Shown piece by piece: positions 19,094 to 29,011 of a stretch of 64,000 bases of DNA (position 1 is the first letter of the stretch; every line of letters starts with the position of its first letter). The stretch lies in contig JBFJHJ010000013.1 in NCBI GenBank assembly GCA_041613315.1, positions 6,932 through 70,931 on the forward strand, written 5' to 3'. Source of the stretch: Gemmatimonadales bacterium (GTDB taxonomy: Bacteria; Gemmatimonadota; Gemmatimonadetes; Gemmatimonadales; GWC2-71-9). Both the position numbers and the translations under genes were made by a program. The notes below the pieces were generated by a model. The model saw nothing but the letters and a program-made list of their open reading frames with translations, made no database searches and was not told the origin of the DNA.

Positions 19094-20377
19094 CTACAGT
19101 CCGCGAGTGATGTACGTGCGCACCGCTTCCGCCGCGCGCGCGATCTCCTCGTGGAGGTTGTAGAAATGCGGCGAGAAGCGGATGCCGGGCCGGTCCTCGC
19201 CCCGACGGACCGCGCAGATGATGCCGTCGTTCTCGTACAACGCGGCCGCGAGCGTTCGGGGATCGAGGGCGCCCGGCCGCAAGGAGACGACGGCGGCGGA
19301 ACGTTCCGGATCGGGGTGGGTCCACAGCTCTATTCCGGCGATCCCTGCGAGGGCCTGCATCAGCGCCTGCGCCAACTCTCGCACGCGGGCCTCGATGCGT
19401 GACAGACCGATGCCGGTCTGGAAGCGCAGCGCCTCACCGAACCCGATAATTGCCGGCTCGTCGCGCTGGCCCAACCCTTCCATGTCTCGGGAGATCCCGA
19501 CCGCGCCCGGGTAGAGGCTCACCACGCTGGGCGCCAGCCGGTCATGGACCTCGCCGCGGACGTAAAGGACGCCGCACTCCCGCGGCCCGCACGGCCACTT
19601 GTGCGCACTGCCGGTGAAGAAGTCGGGCCCGAGCCGCCCGAGGTCCACCTCGAGGACGCCGAACGACTGCGCGCCGTCCACCAGGGAGAGCGCGCCGCGG
19701 GCGCGGGCCAGGCGGCAGAGCTCGGCAACCGGGAAGGAGTCGCCGACGCTGTTCGTCACGTGAGTGAACGCGATCAGGCGGGTTCGGGATGTCATCGCGC
19801 GGCGAAACGCCTCGACGTAGTAGTCCGGGCCGGGATGGGGTTGAACCTGCTCGACCGCGGAGACGCTGAAGCCGAAGCGCGCGGCCTTCTGCCGCCACGC
19901 GGCATGATTGCTGGGATGGTTGTCCGAGAAGATGATCACCTCGTCGCCCGGACCGAGATCGAGGCCGCTCGAAACCAGATTGTTGGCTTCGCTCGTATTG
20001 CGAGTGATGACGATTTCCTCGGGCGTCACCCGCAGGTACTCGGCGAGGAGCCGACGCGTCGTCTCTTTGCCCTCTCGCAGCTTCACGCGGTTCTGTGGAG
20101 AGGGGTCGCGGTCCACGTCACGCGTGTGCTCGTACAGCGACGCCAGCACCGGAGCCGGTGACGGGCAGAGGTTCGCGGCGTTGAGCGGCGCCAGTTCGCG
20201 GGGTACGAGGAAGCGGGCGCGGATCTCTTCCCAGAACCGCTCGGTGGCTTGCGCCGGGGGCGCGGGCAGCGGTTCGAGCGCGCGACGGTGCGCCGCCGTA
20301 GTCGCCCGGGCGGGCGTCGGGAGCAGCGCGGCCGTCCCCCCCGCCACCAGCCACCGTGTGAAATGACGTCGGGTCAT
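19094..20377 (-). CDS. Tat-exported class V PLP enzyme (isopenicillin N epimerase-like)
   Basis: MTRRHF twin-arginine leader; RNTSEA, VDGAQSFG, PLP lysine in SAHKW. Confidence 0.85.
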   Translation of the reverse strand: MTRRHFTRWLVAGGTAALLPTPARATTAAHRRALEPLPAPPAQATERFWEEIRARFLVPRELAPLNAANLCPSPAPVLASLYEHTRDVDRDPSPQNRVKLREGKETTRRLLAEYLRVTPEEIVITRNTSEANNLVSSGLDLGPGDEVIIFSDNHPSNHAAWRQKAARFGFSVSAVEQVQPHPGPDYYVEAFRRAMTSRTRLIAFTHVTNSVGDSFPVAELCRLARARGALSLVDGAQSFGVLEVDLGRLGPDFFTGSAHKWPCGPRECGVLYVRGEVHDRLAPSVVSLYPGAVGISRDMEGLGQRDEPAIIGFGEALRFQTGIGLSRIEARVRELAQALMQALAGIAGIELWTHPDPERSAAVVSLRPGALDPRTLAAALYENDGIICAVRRGEDRPGIRFSPHFYNLHEEIARAAEAVRTYITRGL

Positions 20378-20522
20378 CCGGCGGCCGCGGGCTCCAACTG
20401 GGCGAGGCATGGCGCGATCTCCGTGCGGGGTGTCCCTACAATACCGGCGCGCCGACGGCGGGACCAGAGCGCCGACGGCGCCTCGCTGGCGTTTCCGGCG
20501 CTCCCCGCCTAGGCTACGAGCC

Positions 20523-21284
20523 ATGTCGCCCTGGGTCACGCGCCTGCTCGTCGCCAACGTGGTGATGTTCTTCCTCACGATGGTGTTCCCGCAGCTCCGC
20601 TACGCGCTCGGGTTCGTACCGGAACTCGTGCTCCAGCGGCCGTGGACGATCGTCACCTACATGTTCCTGCATCAGGGCATCCCCCACATCTTCTTCAACA
20701 TGTTGGCCCTGTATTTCTTCGGGCCGCAGCTCGAAGCGCGATTGGGCGGCTCCCAGTTCCTCGGGCTGTATTTCACCAGCGGGCTCGTGGGGGCCGCTCT
20801 CTCGCTCGCGACGCCGTCGGTGATTATCGTGGGAGCGTCCGGCGCGGTGTTTGGCGTTCTCATTGGGTTCGCGCGATACTGGCCGCGCGCGCGGATCTAC
20901 ATCTGGGGCGTCCTTCCGATCGAGGCGTGGCTGCTGGTCGCCCTGATGACGGGATTCTCGCTGTGGTCGGGACTGTCGGGGACGGGGCAGGGCGTGGCGC
21001 ACTTCGCCCACCTGGGAGGCTTCGCGGGCGGGTTCCTCTATCTCAAGGTGATGGAGCTCCTGTCGCCGGCCCGACGGTTCCGCGTCAAGGCCGGCGCCGC
21101 GGGCGCGCGGCCCTCCGGTGGTACCCGGCGCGACGCCGCGCGCTGGTCAGCGATTCGGCGCGGCGACCTCCACGAGGTGAACCGCGCCGAGCTCGATCGG
21201 CTGCTGGACAAGATCCGCGACACCGGGATCGGCAGCCTCACGCCGGACGAGCGCGCGTGGCTCGACCGGTTCAGCACGAGCTAG
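20523..21284 (+). CDS. Rhomboid intramembrane serine protease with C-terminal soluble tail
   Basis: HIFFNM, GASG, AHFAHLGG; tail ELDRLLDKI..GI.SLT..ER..L. Confidence 0.92.
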   Translation: MSPWVTRLLVANVVMFFLTMVFPQLRYALGFVPELVLQRPWTIVTYMFLHQGIPHIFFNMLALYFFGPQLEARLGGSQFLGLYFTSGLVGAALSLATPSVIIVGASGAVFGVLIGFARYWPRARIYIWGVLPIEAWLLVALMTGFSLWSGLSGTGQGVAHFAHLGGFAGGFLYLKVMELLSPARRFRVKAGAAGARPSGGTRRDAARWSAIRRGDLHEVNRAELDRLLDKIRDTGIGSLTPDERAWLDRFSTS

Positions 21285-21293
21285 GCGCCCGGC

Positions 21294-21509
21294 TCACTCC
21301 CGCCGCAACGAGTCGAGCAGCCGGTTGCGCGCCGCGGCGGTGTCGACCGCCTCGAGCGCCTTCTGAATGCCGCGCGCGCCCGGCAGCCGCGACGCGCCGA
21401 GAACGCTGTCGCGCTGCCGCTGGGTGAGGGTGTCGCGTGGTGACTCGCCGCTGTCCTGACCACCGCATGCAGCGAGAAGCAGGGCCACGACCAGGGCAGT
21501 CCCCCGCAT
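21294..21509 (-). CDS. Small hypothetical lipoprotein
   Basis: LLAAC lipobox; in line with the upstream desaturase. Confidence 0.7.
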   Translation of the reverse strand: MRGTALVVALLLAACGGQDSGESPRDTLTQRQRDSVLGASRLPGARGIQKALEAVDTAAARNRLLDSLRRE

Positions 21510-21518
21510 TGGGCTTCG

Positions 21519-22280
21519 TCAGTTCTCCTGGAGGGGCCGCCCCGCGTGCTGGACGTGAGCGAGGCGGAGCCACGACATGAGTCTGATGTAGATCCAGCCC
21601 ACGTCGAACTCGAACCAGCGCCGGCGAAACCTGGCGGAGCGCGGATCGGCGTGGTGGTTGTTGTGCAGCTCTTCACCGCCTAACAGAATGCCGGCGGGGA
21701 AGAAGTTCCGGCTCGCATCCTTGACGTCGAAGTTGCGATACCCCCAGGCGTGTCCGATCCCGTTCACCACGCCCCCCAAAATCGGCATCCACACGATCTG
21801 GGCCAGCCAGATGCCTGCGCCCCACCCTACACCGAACAAGTACACGTCGAGCGCCGCCAGCAGGATCACGCCGGTGTAGCTGAATCGGCCGAAAATCGCT
21901 CGCTCCAGCCAGTCCTGCGGGCACCCTTTTCCGTATTTCTGCAGTAGCGCCGGGTCGCGCACGGCGCGGCGATAATGCGCCCACCCCTTGAACAGGATCG
22001 CCCGCAAGCCTGCTAGGACGGGGCTGTGTGGATCGCCCTCCCGGTCGGCATGCGCATGGTGCTTGCGATGGCACGCCACCCATTCGCGCGTGACGATGCC
22101 CGTAGTGAGCCACAGCCAGAAGCGCATCGGGATGGACACGAGGGGATGCAGTCGCACGCCGTCGTGCGTGACTGAACGGTGAAGGTAGATGGTGGTTGCG
22201 GCGTTGGTGAGATGCCCGGCGACGGCCAGGAAGGCCAGGGGCATCCACCAGGCGAAAGCCAGAAATCCGATCTCAGGCAC
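21519..22280 (-). CDS. Membrane fatty acid (delta-9-like) desaturase
   Basis: His boxes HRSVTH, HRKHH, HNNHH. Confidence 0.92.
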   Translation of the reverse strand: MPEIGFLAFAWWMPLAFLAVAGHLTNAATTIYLHRSVTHDGVRLHPLVSIPMRFWLWLTTGIVTREWVACHRKHHAHADREGDPHSPVLAGLRAILFKGWAHYRRAVRDPALLQKYGKGCPQDWLERAIFGRFSYTGVILLAALDVYLFGVGWGAGIWLAQIVWMPILGGVVNGIGHAWGYRNFDVKDASRNFFPAGILLGGEELHNNHHADPRSARFRRRWFEFDVGWIYIRLMSWLRLAHVQHAGRPLQEN

Positions 22281-22353
22281 AAGTACGCTCCGGAAGCTGC
22301 GAGACAGTGGCCCTAAAGATAGCTGGTAGGGTCCCGGAACGACGTGCGGCGCG

Positions 22354-23412
22354 TCACCGGCGGATCTGGGTCCACCGCTTCAGCCGGTCGCGGACGCCCG
22401 TGGCGAGACCACGGCGTTCCAGCTCGGTCCACAGCGCCCGGACCGTCTCGCCGTCAACGAGCCCCGGGGGCGACCCCACGGCTGGCGTCGAGAGACCCTG
22501 ATCGGTCCGCCAGGCGTCCACCGCGTCCACGACCTCCTGGCTGTAGCGGAAGGCCCCCGCGCCGGGCTCCAGGCTGTCGGCCTCGGTGACGAGGTATCCG
22601 AGCGCGTGAAGGATCACGCGGAGCTGCCACACGTCGCGGCCGCTGCTCTGCTCCAGTGTACGGTAGCCCAGCGTTTCGGACACCGTGTCGTAGGTGCGCC
22701 GGACCTCGGCGACCGGCGTCGGATGCTCGCAGACGTTGATGTGCACGGTGATCCCGTCCGGCCGCCGCGACACGCCGGGACGGGGATCCGCGACGACGAC
22801 GGCCGCCGACTGCAGCCGACCCTTGCGGGCATCACCGCCTGCGGCCTGGCCCGCCGCGAGCGCTTCGATGAGCCGGTCGGCCAGGTGCCGCGCGCTGCCC
22901 GCCGTGGCTTCGAAGCTCGCCGCCACGGCCTCGAGCACCCCGGGTCCCACGAGCAGGTTGCCCTGGGTCACGTAATTCGGGCCGGCGCGCTCCCCCGCCC
23001 ATGCACTCGTGCTGTCCCCCGTGTGTTGCGCGCTGCCGCCCGTTACGCCAATCACGCCGACCTGGCGTCGCGTCGCGCGCTCGTCCGCCGCCAGCGCGCG
23101 TCGCAGTGCCTCCGATGCCGTGCGCCCGCGCGCCAGCATGTCGAGGAGCTCGGGACCGTACTCGACCCGCGTGAACGCTTGCGTCGCCACGGCGCCCACG
23201 CCCGCCCGCACCCACGGTACGCCGTTGCCCACACAGGGGACACGCGTGGTGACGGCGACCCCCGTTTCACGCGTAACGGGGTCGACGGCCGCGATGGAGA
23301 ACGTGTGGAACGTGAGCGAGTCGCCCCACGCTGACGGCTCCTGACCGGCGATGGGGGTGGCGAGGACTGCCAGCAGCGCGAAAGCCATCGCGAGACGGGC
23401 GAGAGGCATCAT
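22354..23412 (-). CDS. DUF1028 (Ntn-hydrolase-like) exported protein with C-terminal peptidoglycan-binding-like domain
   Basis: Signal peptide, then HTFSIAAVDP, GAVATQA, RQVG, QGNLL, GGDAR..QSAA; tail DVWQL..ILHALGY..GLVDGET. Confidence 0.85.
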   Translation of the reverse strand: MMPLARLAMAFALLAVLATPIAGQEPSAWGDSLTFHTFSIAAVDPVTRETGVAVTTRVPCVGNGVPWVRAGVGAVATQAFTRVEYGPELLDMLARGRTASEALRRALAADERATRRQVGVIGVTGGSAQHTGDSTSAWAGERAGPNYVTQGNLLVGPGVLEAVAASFEATAGSARHLADRLIEALAAGQAAGGDARKGRLQSAAVVVADPRPGVSRRPDGITVHINVCEHPTPVAEVRRTYDTVSETLGYRTLEQSSGRDVWQLRVILHALGYLVTEADSLEPGAGAFRYSQEVVDAVDAWRTDQGLSTPAVGSPPGLVDGETVRALWTELERRGLATGVRDRLKRWTQIRR

Positions 23413-23514
23413 GGGACGCTCCAGCGAAGGTGATGAGCGGATAGGTGGCGGCGTCTGCTCCACGTCGGGGACCGCGCGCGGCCGCCGCCCCCGCCCCCGC
23501 CGCCACCGCAGCAT

Positions 23515-24978
23515 CTATTGGACCGTGTTGCGCAACAGTTGGACGTAGAACCGTACCATGCGCCCGTAGTCCCGTACGGCGATCCGTTCGTCGGTGCCGT
23601 GGGCGCGCGCGAGATCGTCGGGCTTCAGCCATCCGCCGTTGAAGCGGTACACGTCGGCGCTGAGGTCCCGGAAATACCGCGCATCCGTCCCTCCGATCAC
23701 GAGCCACGGCGCGACGATGACTCCGGGGAACACTTCGGTGATCGTACGCTGCAACGTGCGGAAGTCTGCGGACGTCACGTCCGACACCGGCGAGGGCTCC
23801 GTGCCGAATCCTGCCAGCGGCCGAATCTCCACCCGGTCGTCGTCGATCGTGCGTCGAGCGTGTTGTATCACGCTGGCGATGCTGTCCCCGGGGAGGATTC
23901 GAAAGTTCACGACGGCCCGCGCGACGGGCGAGATGACGTTGTCCTTGCTGCCCGCCTCGAAGATGGTGGGGGCCGTGGTGGTCCGAAGCATCGCGTCGCC
24001 GGCGGGGTCGCCACCCATGGTGCGGGTGAGCACGGGGGCCAGCAACCACCGGTTGGCAATCACGAGCCGGCGGGCCAATGGCATCTCCGGCCCCACATAG
24101 TCGAACAGGAGCGCGGTGGCACCTCGGATCGCCCGAGGCATGCGGTTCGTCTCCAGTCGGTTCACGGCGGCGCTGAGGATCCCGATCGGCGTAGCGACCG
24201 GGGGAGCTGACGAGTGGCCGCCTGCCCCGCGCACGATCAGCTCGAGACTGACGTACCCCTTCTCGGCGACCCCGACCAGCGCCAACGGGCGGGCCAGGCC
24301 CGGCATCACGCCCTCCACAACGAATCCGCCCTCGTCCAGCACGAACTCCAGCTCGACCTGTCGCTGGCGGAGGAGCTCGGCAATCCTGGCGGCACCGCGA
24401 AGGCCGCCGACCTCCTCGTCGTGCCCGAATGCCAAGTACACGGTGCGGCGCGGCTGCACCCCCCGCGCCAGCAGCAACTCGACGGCTTCGAAGATGGCGA
24501 CTAGGCTCGCCTTGTCATCGAGGGCGCCCCGGCCCCAGACGTAGCCGTCTACGAGGTCGCCCCCAAACGGCTGGAGCGTCCAGTCGCCTTCGGTGCCGGG
24601 CTGTACGGGCACGACATCTTGATGCGCCATCAACACGATCGGCTTGAGCGATCGGTCGCGACCAATCCAGCGGTAGAGCAGGCTGTACCCGCCGACCGTC
24701 TCGTGCGGTAGGGCGGCATCCACTCGGGGGAAGGTGCGCCGCAAGTAGTCGTGGAGTCGCCGGAATTCGTCTCCATCGAAGGCCGCCGAATCCTGGTAGG
24801 AAATCGTGCGGAATGTGAGCGCGGTCGCCAGCCGCTGGGCCGCCGCGTCGGGGTCGACGGCAATGTCCGCGACAGGCTCGGCCTGGATCTGGCGAGACGG
24901 GAGGCTCGCGGCGCGGACGACGGCGACGGCCGCGACGACGATCACGACGACCACGAGCGCGAGCAGCGCTTGCTTCAT
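23515..24978 (-). CDS. M20-family metallopeptidase (PM20D1/carboxypeptidase S-like), membrane anchored
   Basis: MAHQDVVP, GRGALDDK, GHDEE, GGHSS, HGTDE. Confidence 0.92.
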   Translation of the reverse strand: MKQALLALVVVVIVVAAVAVVRAASLPSRQIQAEPVADIAVDPDAAAQRLATALTFRTISYQDSAAFDGDEFRRLHDYLRRTFPRVDAALPHETVGGYSLLYRWIGRDRSLKPIVLMAHQDVVPVQPGTEGDWTLQPFGGDLVDGYVWGRGALDDKASLVAIFEAVELLLARGVQPRRTVYLAFGHDEEVGGLRGAARIAELLRQRQVELEFVLDEGGFVVEGVMPGLARPLALVGVAEKGYVSLELIVRGAGGHSSAPPVATPIGILSAAVNRLETNRMPRAIRGATALLFDYVGPEMPLARRLVIANRWLLAPVLTRTMGGDPAGDAMLRTTTAPTIFEAGSKDNVISPVARAVVNFRILPGDSIASVIQHARRTIDDDRVEIRPLAGFGTEPSPVSDVTSADFRTLQRTITEVFPGVIVAPWLVIGGTDARYFRDLSADVYRFNGGWLKPDDLARAHGTDERIAVRDYGRMVRFYVQLLRNTVQ

Positions 24979-25060
24979 GGGGACTCCTGGTGCAGGCGAG
25001 TTCGTTCGAGGGTAGCGTGCAGGTGCGTCGTCGAGAACCGCGCACTGGCTGCTTGGGTCA

Positions 25061-27484
25061 CTAAGCTATCGGACCTGGGACGTTCTCGCGAGCGACCGAG
25101 GGCCGCGTCCCGGCGCGCAGGGCCAACCCAGCGCCGGCGTACGCGGCGGCGGCGACGGCAAACAACCACGGCGAGCCCGCCTCCAGCGCGATCAAGGCGG
25201 CGAGCGGTGCGGCTACGACCGACGCGAACCCGTTGGTCGCCCAGGCCCACGCCGTGCGTCCGGCATCTGGTCCGGCAAGCTGCCGGAGCCCGGCCGGGAA
25301 GGGGACCCCCATGAGCGTCGCGACCGGCCCGAGAACGAGGACGGCGAGGAGCACCCGCACGCTGATCGGGGCGGGCAGCGCCACATGCACGAGTGGCAGG
25401 CCGATGACGGCCAGGACCATGAGTAACGCGGGCAGCGTGAGGCCCGTGAGGGCGGCGCCGGCGGGCGGCCTCCGGTCGGACCACATGCTCCCGGCGCCTG
25501 AACAGATCAGAAACGCGGCGAGCGCCGCGGCGACGGCATACACCGGGTGGCCCAGCAGGAGGCTGAACTGCTGGATGGCGGCGATCTCGCCGGCGAGGTA
25601 GCCGAGGCCGAGCGCCCCGAAATACGCGACGAGGGGGGGCCGGGCGCCTCCGGTTCCTCGGGTGCCGGCGAGCGTCGGCAGTAGCAGGAGCGCGGCCGCG
25701 ACGGCGGTCGCCTGCACCAGCGTCGCCACGAGGGCCACGTATCCCCACTCGGTGAAGGGGAGCCATTCGCCGCGCTCCGCATGCAGGAACGTCCTCAGGG
25801 ACGCCGGGCGGAGGAAATGGTGCGGATAGGGTCGGGCGTCGGTCGCGGGAGCGACGTCGAAGGGGTAGGCATCGGCAAACTCCCGCGCGGCGGCCGGGCC
25901 GGCCGTCGCGGCGCGGGCCGCCTCGAACAACACCGGCGCCTCCAAGAAATGGAACCGCGTGATCGGTACGTGGAGCCCAGGTTGCCAGTCCAGATCCATC
26001 TGCCGCGCGTCGGCCCACGTGGTGAGGCGGGCAAGATCGTCCGGTGTGAACCCGTCGGGCTTAACGAGGACCGTGGCCGTCGCCCAACTCCGAGTCACGG
26101 TCAACCCGCGTGCCACATCCGCCGCCGCCACGCGCCGCAGCGCGTCCGCCGCGCTGAGGATCACCCGGACGCTCTGACGGGGCGGGACCGCCATCCATCG
26201 CGTGATCGCGAGGACGCCGCCTGGGCGGAGCAGGCGCAAGTAGCGCTCGTACGCGTCCACCGTGTGCAGGAAGTCCGCATCGAGCGCGTAGACGCCGGCC
26301 GCGCTCGCGCCAAGCCCGCCGCCGCCCGGTCCGATCGTCACGAGATCGAACCGCCTGGGCGTGCGTGAGGCGACGGCGCGCGCGTCGCCGATCACCCACT
26401 CCACCGCCATCCCGTGCTCCGGCGGTGCCCCGCGTGCGGCGAGGGCCGCGAGTTGGGACGAGAGCTCAACGGCGGTTACCGCCCGTGCGCCGCCGGCCAC
26501 GGCATTCCACACCTCGGTCCAGCCGCCCGCCCCGATCACGAGGACCGTGTCCCGCTGTGCCAGGGCGAAGGGAAGCGCCGCCGGCAGCCAGTCGAGCAGC
26601 GTTGCACCGCCATGCTCCTCGTCCCACTCGGAGACCGCGCCGACGAGGTCTCCATCCACGAAAAGGCCGACCTGGGTGGGAAACGGCCCGCGGTAGGCGA
26701 GTGAGAGTCCCGGCGCATACCGAAACGCCGGAGCTTGGACCGCGACCAGCCAGCCGAGCGGGCTGGTGCGCTCCGCGATGCGCGTGGCATCTGGATACGC
26801 TTCCGCTTGGGGAAGTGCTTTGTAAGGCGAAATGTCGAGCCGCCACGGGGGGTAAGAGACGGCGGCGATCGCTCCGATCGCGAGCGCGGTGCCGGCAAGC
26901 GCCGTTCCGGCCCGGCGCCGTGGCGGCCGGGCGGCTGCCACCGCGCCGACGGCCGCGAACAGGGCCGGGATGGCGATCGCCCGCGCGGGGGTGAAGATCC
27001 ATAGGGCTGCCACGGCCGCCGCGGCGCCCAGTCCCGATCCCGCGAAGCTCGCGCCGTAGATGACGCCGGGGCGGGCCGCGTCGCGCGTGATCGCGAGGAG
27101 CACCGCGAGGCCCCCGGCACCGAAGGGAAAGGCGAGGACGAGGTAGAGCGCGCCGAGGCGGGCCCACTGCCCGGGGCTCCATACGAGCTGACTGGCGTCG
27201 AGCGGGACGAGGCCTGCGAGAATCGGGCTGGCCAACAGGGCAACGCTCGTGACCACCGCCGCGCGGCGGAACCACTGCTCGGCGGCGGCGGCGTTTCGTG
27301 GGGGACGCAACGCGAGGGCGGTGCCGCTCGCCCCGAAGCCCAGCATGGCAATTCCGATCGCCATGTAGGCGAAGTGATGGAACTGTTCGATGGCGAAGAT
27401 CCGGACGAGGAGGATCTCATAGGCGAGCGTGCCCGCGGAGAGGAGGGCGACGGCGAGCGCGCGCCGAGTGGGCGGTGTGGTCAG
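25061..27484 (-). CDS. Polytopic membrane protein with central spermidine-synthase-like SAM-binding domain; probable CTG start
   Basis: N- and C-terminal TM bundles; VLVIGAGG, AVEL, GDAR, FDLV; frame stays open 40 codons above track ATG 27364 and encodes a TM helix (ALAVALLSAGTLAYEILLVRIF). Confidence 0.75.
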   Translation of the reverse strand: MTTPPTRRALAVALLSAGTLAYEILLVRIFAIEQFHHFAYMAIGIAMLGFGASGTALALRPPRNAAAAEQWFRRAAVVTSVALLASPILAGLVPLDASQLVWSPGQWARLGALYLVLAFPFGAGGLAVLLAITRDAARPGVIYGASFAGSGLGAAAAVAALWIFTPARAIAIPALFAAVGAVAAARPPRRRAGTALAGTALAIGAIAAVSYPPWRLDISPYKALPQAEAYPDATRIAERTSPLGWLVAVQAPAFRYAPGLSLAYRGPFPTQVGLFVDGDLVGAVSEWDEEHGGATLLDWLPAALPFALAQRDTVLVIGAGGWTEVWNAVAGGARAVTAVELSSQLAALAARGAPPEHGMAVEWVIGDARAVASRTPRRFDLVTIGPGGGGLGASAAGVYALDADFLHTVDAYERYLRLLRPGGVLAITRWMAVPPRQSVRVILSAADALRRVAAADVARGLTVTRSWATATVLVKPDGFTPDDLARLTTWADARQMDLDWQPGLHVPITRFHFLEAPVLFEAARAATAGPAAAREFADAYPFDVAPATDARPYPHHFLRPASLRTFLHAERGEWLPFTEWGYVALVATLVQATAVAAALLLLPTLAGTRGTGGARPPLVAYFGALGLGYLAGEIAAIQQFSLLLGHPVYAVAAALAAFLICSGAGSMWSDRRPPAGAALTGLTLPALLMVLAVIGLPLVHVALPAPISVRVLLAVLVLGPVATLMGVPFPAGLRQLAGPDAGRTAWAWATNGFASVVAAPLAALIALEAGSPWLFAVAAAAYAGAGLALRAGTRPSVARENVPGPIA

Positions 27485-28203
27485 CGCAGGCCTTGCAGCA
27501 TGGGGACGAAGCGGACCGGCAGCAGCGTGCGCGTCCGCACCGTTCCGTGCATGTCCTTCTCAACGAGGATGAGATGTTGCACGCCGTACACGCTTCCCAC
27601 CGGGATCACCATGCGCCCGCCCGGCCGCAATTGGTCCACCAGGGTTGGAGGGATGTAGCCGGCTGCGGCCGTCACGATCACGGCGTCAAACGGCGCCTCA
27701 TCGGGCCAGCCGTGATGGCCGTCGGCATGCCGTACGGAGACGCGATCGTAGCCGAGGCGCGCGAGCCGCTCCCCGGCGCTGGCCGCGAGCGCCGCGAAGA
27801 TCTCCATCGTGTATACGTCGCAGCCCGCCGCCGCGAGCACCGCGGCCTGATATCCTGAGCCGGTTCCGACTTCGAGGACCTTCATGGCCGGCGTGACCCG
27901 GAGCGCCTCGGTCATGTACGCCACGACATAGGGTTGGGAGATGGTCTGGCCGTAGCCGATGGGCAGCGGATGATCGCCGTAGGCGCGGTCCCGCAGGTTC
28001 GCCGGGACGAACTCGTGGCGCGGGACCGACCGCACGGCGGCGAGGGTCGTCGAATCGGCGACCCCCTGTCGGGCAATGTGCTCGGCCATTGCGAGCCGCT
28101 CCCGCCGATACCGATCGTCGCGGCGGTCGGCCTGCGCCTCGAGGCTCGGAGCGGCGCCAACGAGCGCGGCGAGCACGAGCGCCGTGCGGAGCCGAATGCT
28201 CAT
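27481..28203 (-). CDS. pcm: Protein-L-isoaspartate O-methyltransferase with N-terminal signal peptide
   Basis: VPRHEFVP, LPIGYGQTISQP, VLEVGTGSGYQAA, APFDAVIVTAA, LPVRFVPM. Confidence 0.93.
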   Translation of the reverse strand: MSIRLRTALVLAALVGAAPSLEAQADRRDDRYRRERLAMAEHIARQGVADSTTLAAVRSVPRHEFVPANLRDRAYGDHPLPIGYGQTISQPYVVAYMTEALRVTPAMKVLEVGTGSGYQAAVLAAAGCDVYTMEIFAALAASAGERLARLGYDRVSVRHADGHHGWPDEAPFDAVIVTAAAGYIPPTLVDQLRPGGRMVIPVGSVYGVQHLILVEKDMHGTVRTRTLLPVRFVPMLQGLR

Positions 28204-28859
28204 GCCGACGCGCGAGCGACCGCGAGCGACCGCAGCACGTCCTTGCTGAGCCGGTGCCCGCCGGAGAACCTGAGCACGTGGAACGGGATGCCGTCTGCCT
28301 CGAGACGCTGCGTCTCCCGGTCTATCACGCCGGCGGTGGCGAACTCATCGCGCTCACCGATCACGAGGTGCAGGTCGGCAGCGGCGAGACGCCGCCCGTC
28401 GGCGCGGAGATCGAGATCCGGTGGGACACCCCCGCCCCACAGGATCAGCTGATCGACGCTGGTCGCGCCCGTGGCGGCCCAGCGACAGGCCGTGGCCGCG
28501 CCCTGGGAGAAGCCGAGCACGCGGCATCGCGCAGCGCCGCGGTCCACGCGCTGAAAAACCCAGTCGGCCACAGCGTCCAGATAACGCACGTAATCGGCGA
28601 TTTCGGCGCCCCGGTCCTCGCGCGTCATCCACGATGCGCCGACGGCCCGCGACGCGTGGTCGGTGTAGTAGCGGGAGAGCGCCTCAGGCGCGACCACGAG
28701 CCGACCAGGATCCTCCAGGATCCGGAACGGTTCCAGGAAGCTCGCCGCAAGCTGTCCGTAGCCGTGGAGGGCGAACCACACGTCACGCACGGCCGGGCCC
28801 GGGGCGCCGAGGGTGTGATAGCGGGCGGTGCGCGAGACGACGAGATGGTGCTCGTGCAT
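28200..28859 (-). CDS. Alpha/beta-hydrolase (phospholipase/carboxylesterase-like)
   Basis: LHGYG, GFSQG nucleophile, GERDE, GGH. Confidence 0.88.
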   Translation of the reverse strand: MHEHHLVVSRTARYHTLGAPGPAVRDVWFALHGYGQLAASFLEPFRILEDPGRLVVAPEALSRYYTDHASRAVGASWMTREDRGAEIADYVRYLDAVADWVFQRVDRGAARCRVLGFSQGAATACRWAATGATSVDQLILWGGGVPPDLDLRADGRRLAAADLHLVIGERDEFATAGVIDRETQRLEADGIPFHVLRFSGGHRLSKDVLRSLAVARASA

Positions 28860-29011
28860 GGATCGCAAGTTAGAGGACCGGCGGGACGCGCAGAAGAGGC
28901 TGGGCGTGGGGGAACGGTCGTGCGCTTGGGGAGGCAGGGGCGGGGATGCCCTCGCCGAGCAGCTCTCGAATCCCGCCGTTCGAGGAGGAACGGGAGCGTC
29001 GCCGTTGGGCG

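Noticed and set aside
21519..22280. Desaturase as the Des7-like output of the Che7-like operon
   Set aside because: More than 5 kb away, on the opposite strand and separated by unrelated genes; no evidence of linkage
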